From a bacterium (lineage in GTDB: Bacteria; UBA8248): 64,000 nt of DNA. Position numbers and translations under genes: made by a program. Within the stretch, counting starts at the first letter, position 1. Each line of letters begins with the position of its first letter. Under the pieces are notes generated by a model. The model had not been told where the DNA came from, searched no databases, and saw only the letters and a program-made list of their open reading frames with translations. Where the stretch lies: the NCBI GenBank assembly GCA_965213685.1, contig CBDBZY010000003.1:292168-356167 (forward strand), read 5' to 3'. Below are positions 31,832 through 41,600 of the stretch, one piece after another.

Positions 31832-32905
31832 CTATCTTCTTCTGCGCTGGTACTGGTTCACGGCGCGCCGATGCTCGCGGTAGGTTCGGGAGAATTGATG
31901 GCCGCCGCTGTTCGTCGCCACGAAATACAGGTATTTCACCTGCGCGGGATGCAGGGCGGATTGGATGGACGCGAGTCCCGGGCTGGCGATAGGGCCGGGG
32001 GGGAGCCCCCGGTACAGGTAGGTGTTGTAGGGGGAGTCGTGCCGCAAATCTTTCCTGGTGATGTTTCCGTTGAAGCGCGGCAGGCCGTATATGACGGTGG
32101 GGTCGCTCTGGAGGCGCATTTTTCGCTTGAGCCGATTGATGAACACGGCTGCGATGAGCGGGCGCTCGCCGTCCAGGGAGGTTTCTTTTTCGATGATCGA
32201 GGCGAGCGTCAGCGTTTCGTGGATGGTGAATCCCATCCCTCTCGCCCGTTCCCGGAGGCGGGGCGTGAATTTCTTCCGCATGGTGAGAACCATGAACCGC
32301 AAGATTCTTGCGGCCGCGGTGCCCTCCGGGAAACGGTAGGTGTCGGGGAAGAGGTATCCCTCCAGGGAGGGTGCGGCGACGTCCAGCTCCCGGAGAAAGG
32401 AAGGCTCCCGGGAGAGGCGCAGGATTTCTCTTTCGCTGGCGAGTCTCGCCCGATGAATCGTCCTGGCGATCTCCCGGACGTTGTAGCCCTCCGGAATGGT
32501 GAACGCCAGCCGGGCGACCTCCCCCTCCGAGATGCGCCGGTATATCTCCCGCGGCGACATGGACGCCCGGAGCGCATAGACGCCCGCTTGAACGCTTTTG
32601 GCCCCGCCCCGGGATATGGCTTGAAGGCGGAACAACGCCGGGTTCCGGATTAATCCGTTTTCTCGCAGCAGTTCGAGGATTTGATCGAATGACATGCCGG
32701 GGCGGACGTGCACCCGCGTCGTTTTGTCCGCCGCAGGGTCCGCCGGGCGGTTCCATTCGTCGTCGAGATACCGATAGCCGATGAGGGCGCCGAGGGCCAG
32801 GCAGCAGAAAAGCGCCGCCAGAAATTTTCCGAGCCGGCGCTTTCCCGGGGGCGGCGCGGTTTTCGCGGTCTTTTTTTCCGGGAGGGAATCCGCGCTTTCA
32901 GTCAT
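31832..32905 (-). CDS. mltG: Endolytic transglycosylase MltG
   Basis: N-terminal TM, TIPEG, LEGYLFPDTY, LASIIEKET, LQSDPTV, YNTY..GLPPGPI. Confidence 0.96.
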   Translation of the reverse strand: MTESADSLPEKKTAKTAPPPGKRRLGKFLAALFCCLALGALIGYRYLDDEWNRPADPAADKTTRVHVRPGMSFDQILELLRENGLIRNPALFRLQAISRGGAKSVQAGVYALRASMSPREIYRRISEGEVARLAFTIPEGYNVREIARTIHRARLASEREILRLSREPSFLRELDVAAPSLEGYLFPDTYRFPEGTAAARILRFMVLTMRKKFTPRLRERARGMGFTIHETLTLASIIEKETSLDGERPLIAAVFINRLKRKMRLQSDPTVIYGLPRFNGNITRKDLRHDSPYNTYLYRGLPPGPIASPGLASIQSALHPAQVKYLYFVATNSGGHQFSRTYREHRRAVNQYQRRRR

Positions 32906-33341
32906 CGGAGTCGGGGCGTCTGGTTTTCTGATGATCGAGATACGCCTGCAGGATAAGTTGGGCCGCGATGACGTCGCGCTTTTTCGCTTTCCGGCTCCGC
33001 TTCGTTTCCGTTTCGTTCAGGATGCGGTCCGCCTGCGTCGTGCTGAGGCGCTCGTCCCATTTTTCCACCGATATTTCGAGATGGCTTCGAAAAAACCGGA
33101 TCAGCCTTCTGGTGCGCCTGGCGCGGGAGGTGTCCCGGCTCGACAGGCCAACGGGATGTCCCACGACCAGCAGGCGCGCGTCATGCGCGCGGATGAGGCC
33201 GCGCATCTCATCGAGCAGATGCGCATCGCTTCGCCTCTCGATGAGGCCGAGCGGCTGGGAGGTGATCCCGAGGGAATCGCTGATGGCGAGTCCCACGCGC
33301 TTCTCGCCGAAGTCCATTCCCAAAATTCGGGGGCGGCTCAT
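32898..33341 (-). CDS. ruvX: Holliday junction resolvase-like/pre-16S nuclease RuvX (YqgF)
   Basis: ILGMDFGEKRVGLAISD, VVGHP, WDERLST, DVIAAQLILQAYLD; ATGA overlap with the tolC stop. Confidence 0.93.
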   Translation of the reverse strand: MSRPRILGMDFGEKRVGLAISDSLGITSQPLGLIERRSDAHLLDEMRGLIRAHDARLLVVGHPVGLSSRDTSRARRTRRLIRFFRSHLEISVEKWDERLSTTQADRILNETETKRSRKAKKRDVIAAQLILQAYLDHQKTRRPDSDD

Positions 33342-34948
33342 TTCTTGGCTGGTTTTCTGGCCGGCTTCCCTTTGGCGCCGCCGGGGTAGAACATCTCGAT
33401 TTGAAACCGCTCGAGGGTGGAGTGCGTCGCCCTGTCGAGGGCGGCGAGAGACTTGTGGTAGTCGATGAGCGCCCGGGTCTCCTCCGTCAGCGCGTTGGCC
33501 AGCCCCTCCTGGTCCTCGAGAATGTCCCGGCTTGTCGAGAGGCCGACCTGGAATTTTTTCTCCTGTGCGTCCAGGCGCTCTTCCGCCAGCCTTCTGGCCA
33601 CGCGGGTCGCCTCGATTCTCTTGATGTCCACGCGAACCCGGCGCGCGCTGCGGCGCACCTCCTCCATGACGGCCTGCTGCTTTTGGTGGAACGACGCCAC
33701 GGTTTGCGCGTGCTGGAGACGCGCCTGGCGATAGTCCGCCTTCGCCTCCCTGTTTCCGAGGGGGAGGCGGAACGAGAGCGTGCCGGACAGGACGTATCCC
33801 TCGTTGTCGAGTTGCTCCTCCAAGGCCTCGGTCCTGTTTTCGTTGAAGGCGTTGTTGGATGCGGATGCGTTCAGATCGACCTGGGGCAGCAGGTTTTGCT
33901 TCGCCACGCCCAGGTCGATTTTCTTTTTCTCGATCTCGATGCGCGCGTTCTCCAGGTCCGCGTGCTTGCGCAGGGCGTTGAGCGTGAGGCGCATCTCGTT
34001 CACTTTCACGGCCCGGAACTCGGGTTTCTCGGTGGGCTGAATGTGGATGCTCCACGAAGAGGGTTTGTCCGTTACGTTCAGGAGCATCTTGAGGGTGTCT
34101 TCCTGATCCTTGACGTTGCGCTCCGCCACGAGAAGCGCCTCCTCCCGGGCGGCGACGGTCGCCTGCGCTTCGGTTATCTCGATCGGCGCGAGGGTGCCGA
34201 CCTCGACCTGGATTCTGTTTCTTCGCAGCAAGTCCTTCGCGAGGTCGAGAGATTTTCGCTTGAACGCGAGATTTTCGATGGAGAACACGAGGTCCCAGTA
34301 GGCTTGCTCCACGGCGTCCACGGTCTCGATGACCTTCTTGCGGTAAGTGTGCAGCGTCTGCTCCTTCGTGGCGACGGCCACCCGTATCCGCGCCTGGTTG
34401 AGGTCGACGCCGAAGTTTTTGAGCAGGGGCTGCGTGATGGTGAAGGTGAGGTTGGTTTGAAAGCTCGTGTCGAACGCATTCTGGATGGAATTCGTCGAGT
34501 CCTTGATTCCCTCGAATATCAGGGAGTACTCGGCCCCCGTCACGAGCTTTTGGCGGATGCCGGCGGATATAGACTGGTTTTTGGTTTTCCGGTTTCCTCC
34601 GCTGAATATCCGGCTCGCCGTCTCCAGGCTGGATTTGGCGACGGAAGCCTCCGCCACGGCGGCGGGGTCGAACGCGGAGCGCTCCCTGACCAGGTTGCTT
34701 TCCGCGATGTCGGGGTCGAACCCGGCGATGGTGATGTCGAAGTTGCGCGCGAGGGCGACGCTGACGGCTTCCCGTATGGAGAGCGCGAGGGAGCGCCCCG
34801 CAATCGCCGGCGGCGCCACGTTGCTGCGCGGACGCTCAAACGAGATGGCCGGCGGCGCCGGGGCGGCGTCGGCGCGCCAGTATCCCGTCAGGGAAACGAG
34901 AAGCGCAAGGAGGATGCGGGAAACAGAATGCGGTCTGGGCGGGTTCAT
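33338..34948 (-). CDS. TolC-family outer-membrane efflux protein
   Basis: Signal peptide, AL.RN.DI, TQPLLKNFG, VEQAYWDLV, LPQVDL, F.VG.STS.DILE. Confidence 0.9.
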   Translation of the reverse strand: MNPPRPHSVSRILLALLVSLTGYWRADAAPAPPAISFERPRSNVAPPAIAGRSLALSIREAVSVALARNFDITIAGFDPDIAESNLVRERSAFDPAAVAEASVAKSSLETASRIFSGGNRKTKNQSISAGIRQKLVTGAEYSLIFEGIKDSTNSIQNAFDTSFQTNLTFTITQPLLKNFGVDLNQARIRVAVATKEQTLHTYRKKVIETVDAVEQAYWDLVFSIENLAFKRKSLDLAKDLLRRNRIQVEVGTLAPIEITEAQATVAAREEALLVAERNVKDQEDTLKMLLNVTDKPSSWSIHIQPTEKPEFRAVKVNEMRLTLNALRKHADLENARIEIEKKKIDLGVAKQNLLPQVDLNASASNNAFNENRTEALEEQLDNEGYVLSGTLSFRLPLGNREAKADYRQARLQHAQTVASFHQKQQAVMEEVRRSARRVRVDIKRIEATRVARRLAEERLDAQEKKFQVGLSTSRDILEDQEGLANALTEETRALIDYHKSLAALDRATHSTLERFQIEMFYPGGAKGKPARKPAKK

Positions 34949-35250
34949 GAAAAATCTCGCTCCACTCCGTCGATGCCGTACGTTCCGCGCCATGGGAATC
35001 GCAAACCCGGATCACGCGGCGGCGTTTCCGACTTCCTGGCCATTCCTGCCCCATATTACGGCATACGCCGATGAAAGGGAAAACGGGTTTTGCTCCCCCT
35101 ATCGGTTATGCGTTGTAAATGAGAGACATAGGGCGGTCCGCATTCTTTTCTTGCGCGAGTGCGCGGCGCTCTGCTAGAAATGCTTCTGCAAGGAACGTTG
35201 GGTTCGCCATCGCTGCCCGCAAGCCGCAATTCTTGGAAGGTGGATGCGCA

Positions 35251-36183
35251 TTGGAAGTGTTTCAGGGAGTGGACGCCTACCAGCGCGAGAATTCCCCCTC
35301 GATACTGAGCATTGGAAATTTTGACGGCGTTCACCTCGCCCATAGGGAGATTTGCCGGTTCATCAGGGAGGAGGCCGCCCTGCGTGGCGGCCAAAGCGTC
35401 ATCCTGACGTTCGAACCGCACCCCCTCTCCGTCATCGCCCCCGAAAGGCAGCCGCCCCTGATGACGACGCTCGAGGAGAAGCTGGCGCGCCTGGAGGCCC
35501 AGAGCGTCGATGCCGTGGTGATCGAGAAATTCACGCGCCGGCTGGCGCAAACCGAGGCGAGGGATTTTGTCCGCGAGATCGTCGCGGAGGGCCTGAACGC
35601 CTCGCTGGTGGTCATCGGGTTCAACTTCCGCTTCGGGAAAGGGCGCGCGGGGAACGTCGAATTGCTGCGGCGCGAAGGGGCGCGCGCGGGGTTTGAAACG
35701 CGCGTGCTCCCCCCCTACATGTTCGAGGGAAGCCGGGTCAGCAGCACGGAGATACGGAAACTCTTGCGGAGCGGGGCGGTGGAGGAGGCCGCGCGCCTGC
35801 TGGCCCAGCCCCATCTCGTGGAGGGGAGGGTGGTGCGCGGCGACGGGCGGGGCCGGCAAATCGGCGTCCCGACGGCCAACCTGGAATGCCCCGCCGTCCT
35901 GATTCCCGAAAACGGGGTGTACGCCTGCTGGGCGCAGATCGGGGGAAGGGAGGGTCGGCGGCGTCCGGCGGTGGCGAACATCGGGAATCGCCCCACGTTC
36001 GGGAAGAAGCGGTTGACCCTGGAGGTCCATTTGCTGGATTGGCGGGGCGATCTGTACGGAAAATCCGTCCGGGTGGCGTTCGTCTCCCGGCTGCGCGCGG
36101 AGAAGAAGTTCTCCGGCGCAGAGGAGCTCGTCGCGCAGATTCGCGCCGACATGGAGGCCGGCCGGAAAAAACTGGGCGCCTAG
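35251..36183 (+). CDS. ribF: Bifunctional riboflavin kinase/FAD synthetase
   Basis: IGNFDGVHLAH, TFEPHP, VSSTEIR, GRQIGVPTAN, NIGNRPTF, LRAEKKF. Confidence 0.97.
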   Translation: MEVFQGVDAYQRENSPSILSIGNFDGVHLAHREICRFIREEAALRGGQSVILTFEPHPLSVIAPERQPPLMTTLEEKLARLEAQSVDAVVIEKFTRRLAQTEARDFVREIVAEGLNASLVVIGFNFRFGKGRAGNVELLRREGARAGFETRVLPPYMFEGSRVSSTEIRKLLRSGAVEEAARLLAQPHLVEGRVVRGDGRGRQIGVPTANLECPAVLIPENGVYACWAQIGGREGRRRPAVANIGNRPTFGKKRLTLEVHLLDWRGDLYGKSVRVAFVSRLRAEKKFSGAEELVAQIRADMEAGRKKLGA

Positions 36184-36806
36184 GCCAGAATGCCCCGCAG
36201 CCCGTCGCCCAAAAAGAAAACCCCGAACCCGAGCATGACCCACGCGCACCCCCGCTCGATTCGCCTCCAGCCGCTTTCCCCGATCATGCGGCTCCCCCGG
36301 TTCGCCGACCATGTGATGAACACCGCCCATGCGGCGTCGGCGAGCAGGTGAACGGCGATCATCCCGGCGAGGCCGGCCAGCCACCCGAATTCGCCCGTCC
36401 TGGCGATGACGTTCGTCCCGACGGTGAGCCACCATACGACCCAGTAGGGATTGAGTGCCGTGAGGAGGACGCCGCCGACGAGCGCGCCGGGCCGATGCGG
36501 TCCCCGTGGGGTGCGGGGGGTGGAGTGCGAAGTCCGGAACGCCCCGCTCCCCAGGAACAGGAGAACGCAGCCGCCCGCCAACGAGACGCCCTCGCGCATC
36601 CCCGGAATCTCGAACAGGGGCCGCAGGCCGGCGAACAGGGCGATGATGAGCGGGACTTCGGCCAGGGCGTGTCCGATGGTGACCGGGATTCCGGCCCACG
36701 GGCTCTCCTTGCCGCGCGCGATGAGAAATGCGGTGAGGGGGCCTGGCGACATGACGCCGCTCAGGGAGATGGTGAGGATGAAGCCGTAAAAAGCGAGCAG
36801 GCTCAT
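36180..36806 (-). CDS. LysE-family translocator
   Basis: SPGP motif, GHALAE, LNPYWVVWW, multiple TM helices. Confidence 0.85.
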   Translation of the reverse strand: MSLLAFYGFILTISLSGVMSPGPLTAFLIARGKESPWAGIPVTIGHALAEVPLIIALFAGLRPLFEIPGMREGVSLAGGCVLLFLGSGAFRTSHSTPRTPRGPHRPGALVGGVLLTALNPYWVVWWLTVGTNVIARTGEFGWLAGLAGMIAVHLLADAAWAVFITWSANRGSRMIGESGWRRIERGCAWVMLGFGVFFLGDGLRGILA

Positions 36807-37048
36807 GGCCTGGCATCGCGCGCATCGAGCAGCCGACGCAGGCGGCGGACGTCCGGGCGAAACTTGAAAACCTTTGTTTTCCCCAGATAGCCGACGGGCA
36901 CCTCGTCGCCGTACAGGCGCCGGAGTTCCGGGTCGGCGTCCACGTCGATCTCATCGATCGCCAGGTCCGGAAAATGCTGCGTCAGCGCCGTTTTCGCCTC
37001 ATGGCACAGGTGGCACGCGCCGCGCGTGTAGAACGTAATTTTTCTCAT
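36803..37048 (-). CDS. Glutaredoxin-like protein (DUF836 type)
   Basis: YTRGACHLC..A, EIDVD.DPEL...YG.EVPV; overlaps the LysE start. Confidence 0.85.
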   Translation of the reverse strand: MRKITFYTRGACHLCHEAKTALTQHFPDLAIDEIDVDADPELRRLYGDEVPVGYLGKTKVFKFRPDVRRLRRLLDARDARP

Positions 37049-37151
37049 ATCCCCCATAACCAGGTCGGGTTCGGGTGCGAGGCGGCCCTTCCATCTATCC
37101 GGCCATCATACCAAATGCGGGAGCAGTTTTGTTTCATCGCGCCTCGAATCC

Positions 37152-37180
37152 TTGACAACGGGGCCGCCTCCCGATATAGG
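37152..37180 (+). promoter_or_regulatory. Candidate sigma70 promoter of tRNA-Leu
   Basis: TTGACA-N17-TATAGG just upstream of the tRNA. Confidence 0.55.
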
Positions 37181-37202
37181 AGAGGGCGACCATTCCTATC
37201 TT

Positions 37203-37289
37203 GCCGGAGTGGCGGAACTGGTAGACGCGCTAGATTCAGGTTCTAGTGGGCTTCGGCCCGTGGAGGTTCAAGTCCTCTCTCCGGCACCA
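37203..37289 (+). tRNA. tRNA-Leu (anticodon CAG)
   Basis: GCCGGAG/CTCCGGC acceptor stem, CTAGA-TTCAGGT-TCTAG anticodon arm, long variable arm, GGTTCAAGTCC T-arm, encoded CCA. Confidence 0.97.
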
Positions 37290-37353
37290 CATCATCCCCA
37301 GAATGAATCGTTGTGACGTTGCGTGTTTTTTAATTTAATTCGGGAGGCTGCGC

Positions 37354-38607
37354 ATGAAGATCGTGGAGGACGCACTTTCCAATGGCATTCGCGTGGTGAC
37401 GGCCGAGCGCCCGGAATCGGCGGCCGTGGCGTTCCACATTTACTTCGGCTGTGGCGGCCGCCATGAGCGCGACGAGGTGGTGGGCGTCTCTCACGCCCTG
37501 GAGCATATGGTGTTCAAGGGAACGCCGTCGAGAACCACTCTCGACATCGCGCGCGAGATGGAGGGCAACGGAGCGTCCATCAACGCCAACACGGCCCCTG
37601 AGCGCACCTGCTATCATTTCACGGCACCGGCCGAGGCGTTCGCCGCCGTGCTCGACGTCTATGCCGATGCGGTGAATCACTGCCTGCTGGACAAGGACGA
37701 ATGGGATCGGGAGCGGCTGGTCATCCTCGAGGAGTTGAAGATGTATGAGGACATGCCGCGGGCGTGGGTGTCGGATATGCTGGAAACCACCATGTACAAC
37801 CTGCAGATGGGGGTCATCGGGAACCGGGAGACCATCCACGCGATAGAGCCCGAACACATGCGGGAGTTGATAGAAAAATGGTACACCCCCGGCAACACGG
37901 TCATCTCCGTGGCGGGCGGCGTGCGGCACGAAGAGGTGATGGAGCTGTCCGAGCGGCATTTCGGACTGCGGAGCGGAAACGACGAGAAGCCCCGCTCCCC
38001 CGTCCTCCCGTCGGAGAGTGCGGCCAAAATCATGTCCCAGGCCCGCCAGACGGATCAGGTGAATCTCGCCCTCGGGTTTCGCTCCTTCGGCCTCGACAGC
38101 GAGGATGGCGCGGCCCTCCGCGTGATGTGCAACATATTGGGCGGAAAGATGAGCAGCCGATTGTTCACCGAAGTGCGCGAGAAGCGGGGGCTCGCCTATA
38201 GCGTGGGCGCCGCGCCGCATCGCTACACCGATACGGGCATCATCGAGATGAAGGCGGGCGTGGCCCTGGAGAAGGCGGTGGAGGCGACCGAGGTGATCCT
38301 GGCGGAAGCGGGGAAATTCAAGACCGCTCCCGTGACGAGCCAGGAGTTGGAAGAGGCGAAGCGGCACATCAAGGGAAACCTGCAGATACATGAGAGCTCC
38401 GAATATCATGCGGGACGAAACGGCTCCAACCTCATGCTCCGCGGGAGAGTGTACCCGGTGGAGGAGGAGCTGGCGGACGTCGATTCCGTGCGGGAGGAGG
38501 ATATTCAGCGCGTGGCCGGGGAAGTGTTCCGGGAAGAGGGGCTGACGGTCGCCGTGATCGCCGAGAAACAGCTGGAGTCCGCCCTGGAGGCGGTGCTCAG
38601 CATCTAG
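37354..38607 (+). CDS. M16 (pitrilysin) family zinc peptidase
   Basis: Inverted zinc motif HALEHMVFKG, NANT, SSRLF.EVREKRGLAY. Confidence 0.95.
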   Translation: MKIVEDALSNGIRVVTAERPESAAVAFHIYFGCGGRHERDEVVGVSHALEHMVFKGTPSRTTLDIAREMEGNGASINANTAPERTCYHFTAPAEAFAAVLDVYADAVNHCLLDKDEWDRERLVILEELKMYEDMPRAWVSDMLETTMYNLQMGVIGNRETIHAIEPEHMRELIEKWYTPGNTVISVAGGVRHEEVMELSERHFGLRSGNDEKPRSPVLPSESAAKIMSQARQTDQVNLALGFRSFGLDSEDGAALRVMCNILGGKMSSRLFTEVREKRGLAYSVGAAPHRYTDTGIIEMKAGVALEKAVEATEVILAEAGKFKTAPVTSQELEEAKRHIKGNLQIHESSEYHAGRNGSNLMLRGRVYPVEEELADVDSVREEDIQRVAGEVFREEGLTVAVIAEKQLESALEAVLSI

Positions 38608-38631
38608 CGCGGCAGGCAGACCGAAAGGGCG

Positions 38632-41600
38632 CTAGCGGGCCGCCCCCACGGCTTCGCTCGGGGAGAAGCCATCCCGTTCTTGCGGAGCAAGTTTTTGGAG
38701 AAGTATGACGATTCTTCGGTTCTTGGCGCGCTCCTCCTCGGTGTCGTTGCTGGCCGCGGGCCGATGGAACGAGTGGGCGGCGGCGGACAGGCGCCGGGGA
38801 GATATGTTTCTGGATTCCAGGAATTTGACGACGGCGAGGGCGCGCGCGGATGAAAGCTCCCAATTCGTGGGATAGCGGCTGAGGAGATTGCCTCGAATCG
38901 GTTTGTTGTCCGTATGTCCTTCTATCCGGATCTCCTTGTCTGTTTGCGTCTGGAGAAATTCCGCGATCCTCGCAAGCGTCTCGATGCCTTTGGGCCGGAT
39001 ATCCGCGCTTCCAGAGTCAAACAAAAGACTGCTCACGATGCTCACCCGGAGCCGGTCCTCGGTCTGCTGCAAGGTGACGAGTTGTTTCTTGAGTTGCGTG
39101 TTCACCGCCTCCATGTCTTCTTCTAGCCGCCTCGCCCGCTCCGCTTCCTGACGCGCCTTTTTCTCCAGAATTTTGGAGCGCGCAATCGCGAGTGCCTGCT
39201 TTTTGATCGCTTCCGCCAGATTGGAGCTCGTCTGATGCAGCTTGGTCTTCATGAAGTCGGCCACGGAGGTCTTCTCTGCGAGGAGCTTACCCATCTCCTC
39301 CACCTGTCCCTGGAGAAGCGCCTGGGCTTTTTTGAGCTGCGCGACCTGCTCGTCCCGTTCGCTGGCGAGTTGAAGGTTGCGGGCGTTTGATTTTTCCAGT
39401 CCCTCGCGCGTCGTGCGCTCTGCAGCGAGCACCTCCCGGCTTTGCTCGAGGGATTGGGCGATTTTCTCGCTTGTGGCCTTTTCGCGCTCGATGTGGAGGT
39501 TCTTCTCAGCGAGAGCCTTGTCCATCTCCTCCACCTGCCCCTGGAGGAGCGCCTGTGATTTTTCCAGTCCTTCGCGCGTCGTGCGCTCTGCAGCGAGCGC
39601 CGCCCTGCTTTGCTCGAGGGATTGTGCGATTTTCTCGCTTGTGGCTTTTTCGCGTTCGATGTGGAGGTTTTTCTCGGCGAGAGCCTTGTCCATCTCCTCC
39701 ACCTGTCCCTGGAGGAGCGCCTGTGATTTTTCCAGCCCTTCGCGGGTCATGCGCTCTGCAGCGAGCGCCGCCCGGCTTTGCTCGAGAGATTGGGCGATTT
39801 TCAGGCTGGTGGCCTTTTCGCGCTCGATGTGAAGGTTCTTCTCGGCGAGCGCCTTGCCCATCTCCTCCACCTGTCCCTGGAGGAGTGTCTGTGATTTTTC
39901 CAGCCCTTCGCGGGTCATGCGCTCCGTTGCGAGCGCCGCCCTGCTTTGCTCGAGGGATTGGGCGATTTTCAGGTTTGTGGCCTTTTCCCGTTCGATGTGG
40001 AGGTTCTTCTCGGCGAGCGCCTTGTCCATCTCCTCCACCTGCCCCTGGAGGAGTGCCTGCGCGGTTTTGAGGCGTGTGACCTGCTCGTCCCTCTCGCTGG
40101 CGAGTTTCAGGTTGCGGGCGTTTGATTTTTCGAGTCCCTCGCGGGTCATGCGCTCTGCAGCGAGCGCCGCCCGGCTTTGCTCGAGAGATTGGGCGATTTT
40201 CAGGCTGGTGGCCTTTTCGCGTTCGATGTGCAGGTTTTTCTCGGCGAGAGCCTTGTCCATCTCCTCCACCTGCCCCTGGAGAAGCGCCTGTGATTTTTCG
40301 AGTCCCTCGCGGGTCATGCGCTCTGCAGCGAGCGCCGCCCGGCTTTGCTCGAGGGATTGGGCGATTTTCAGGCTGGTGGCCTTTTCGCGCTCGATGTGGA
40401 GGTTTTTCTCGGCGAGGGCCTTGTCCATCTCCTCCACCTGTCCCTGGAGGAGCGCCTGTGATTTTTCCAGCCCCTCGCGGGTCATGCGCTCTGCAGCGAG
40501 CGCCGCCCGGCTTTGCTTGAGGGATTGTGCGATTTTCAGGCTTGTGGCCTTTTCCCGTTCGATGTGGAGGTTTTTCTCGGCGAGGGCCTTGTCCATCTCC
40601 TCCACCTGTCCCTGGAGGAGCGCCTGTGATTTTTCCAGCCCCTCGCGGGTCATGCGCTCTGCAGCGAGCGCCTCCCGGCTTTGCTCGAGGGATTGGGCGA
40701 TTTTCAGGCTGGTGGCCTTTTCGCGCTCGATGTGGAGGTTTTTCTCGGCGAGAGCCTTGTCCATCTCCTGCACCTGCCCCCGGAGGAGCGCCTGTGATTT
40801 TTCCAGCCCCTCGCGGGTCATGCGCTCTGCAGCGAGCGCCTCCCGGCTTTGCTCGAGGGATTGGGCGATTTTCAGGCTGGTGGCCTTTTCGCGCTCGATG
40901 TGGAGGTTTTTCTCGGCGAGAGCCTTGTCCATCTCCTGCACCTGCCCCCGGAGAAGCGCCTGGGCTTTTTTGAGGCGCGCGACCTGCTCGTCCCGTTCGC
41001 TGGCGAGTTGAAGGTTGCGGGCGTTTGATTTTTCCAGCCCTTCGCGGGTCATGCGCTCCGCTGCGAGCGCCGCCCGGCTTTGCTTGAGGGATTGGGCGAT
41101 TTTCAGGCTGGTGGCTTTTTCGCGTTCGATGTGGAGGTTTTTCTCGGCGAGAGCCTTGCCCATCTCTTCCACCTGCCCCTGGAGAAGCGCCTGTGATTTT
41201 TCGAGTCCTTCGCGCGTGATGCGCTCCGCTGCGAGCGCCGCCCGGCTTTGCTCGAGGGATTGGGCGATTTTCAGGCTGGTGGCTTTTTCGCGCTCGATGT
41301 GAAGGTTCTTCTCGGCGAGAGCCTTCCCCATCTCCTCTACCTGCCCCTGGAGGAGCGCCTGTGATTTTTCCAGCCCTTCGCGCGTGATGCGCTCCGCTGC
41401 GAGCGCCTCCCGGCTTTGCTGGAGGGATTGGGCGATTTTCAGGTTTGTGGCCTTTTCCCGTTCGATGTGGAGGTTTTTCTCGGCGAGAGCCTTGCCCATC
41501 TCCTCCACCTGTCCCTGGAGGAGCGTCTGCGCGGTTTTGAGGCGCGCGACCTGCTCGTCCCGCTCGCTGGCGATTTTCAGGCTGGTGGCCTTTTCGCGTT

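Noticed and set aside
36803-37048. Glutaredoxin-like gene as a third selenoprotein
   Set aside because: The motif is plain CHLC with no UGA.
37203-37330. tRNA-Leu as an island integration site
   Set aside because: No integrase, no duplicated tRNA 3' end found by eye, and the downstream M16 peptidase has host-like composition.
38632-39100. Flagellar stator motB
   Set aside because: No motA or flagellar genes in the window and no Asp-containing MotB transmembrane motif; only the PG-binding domain is shared.
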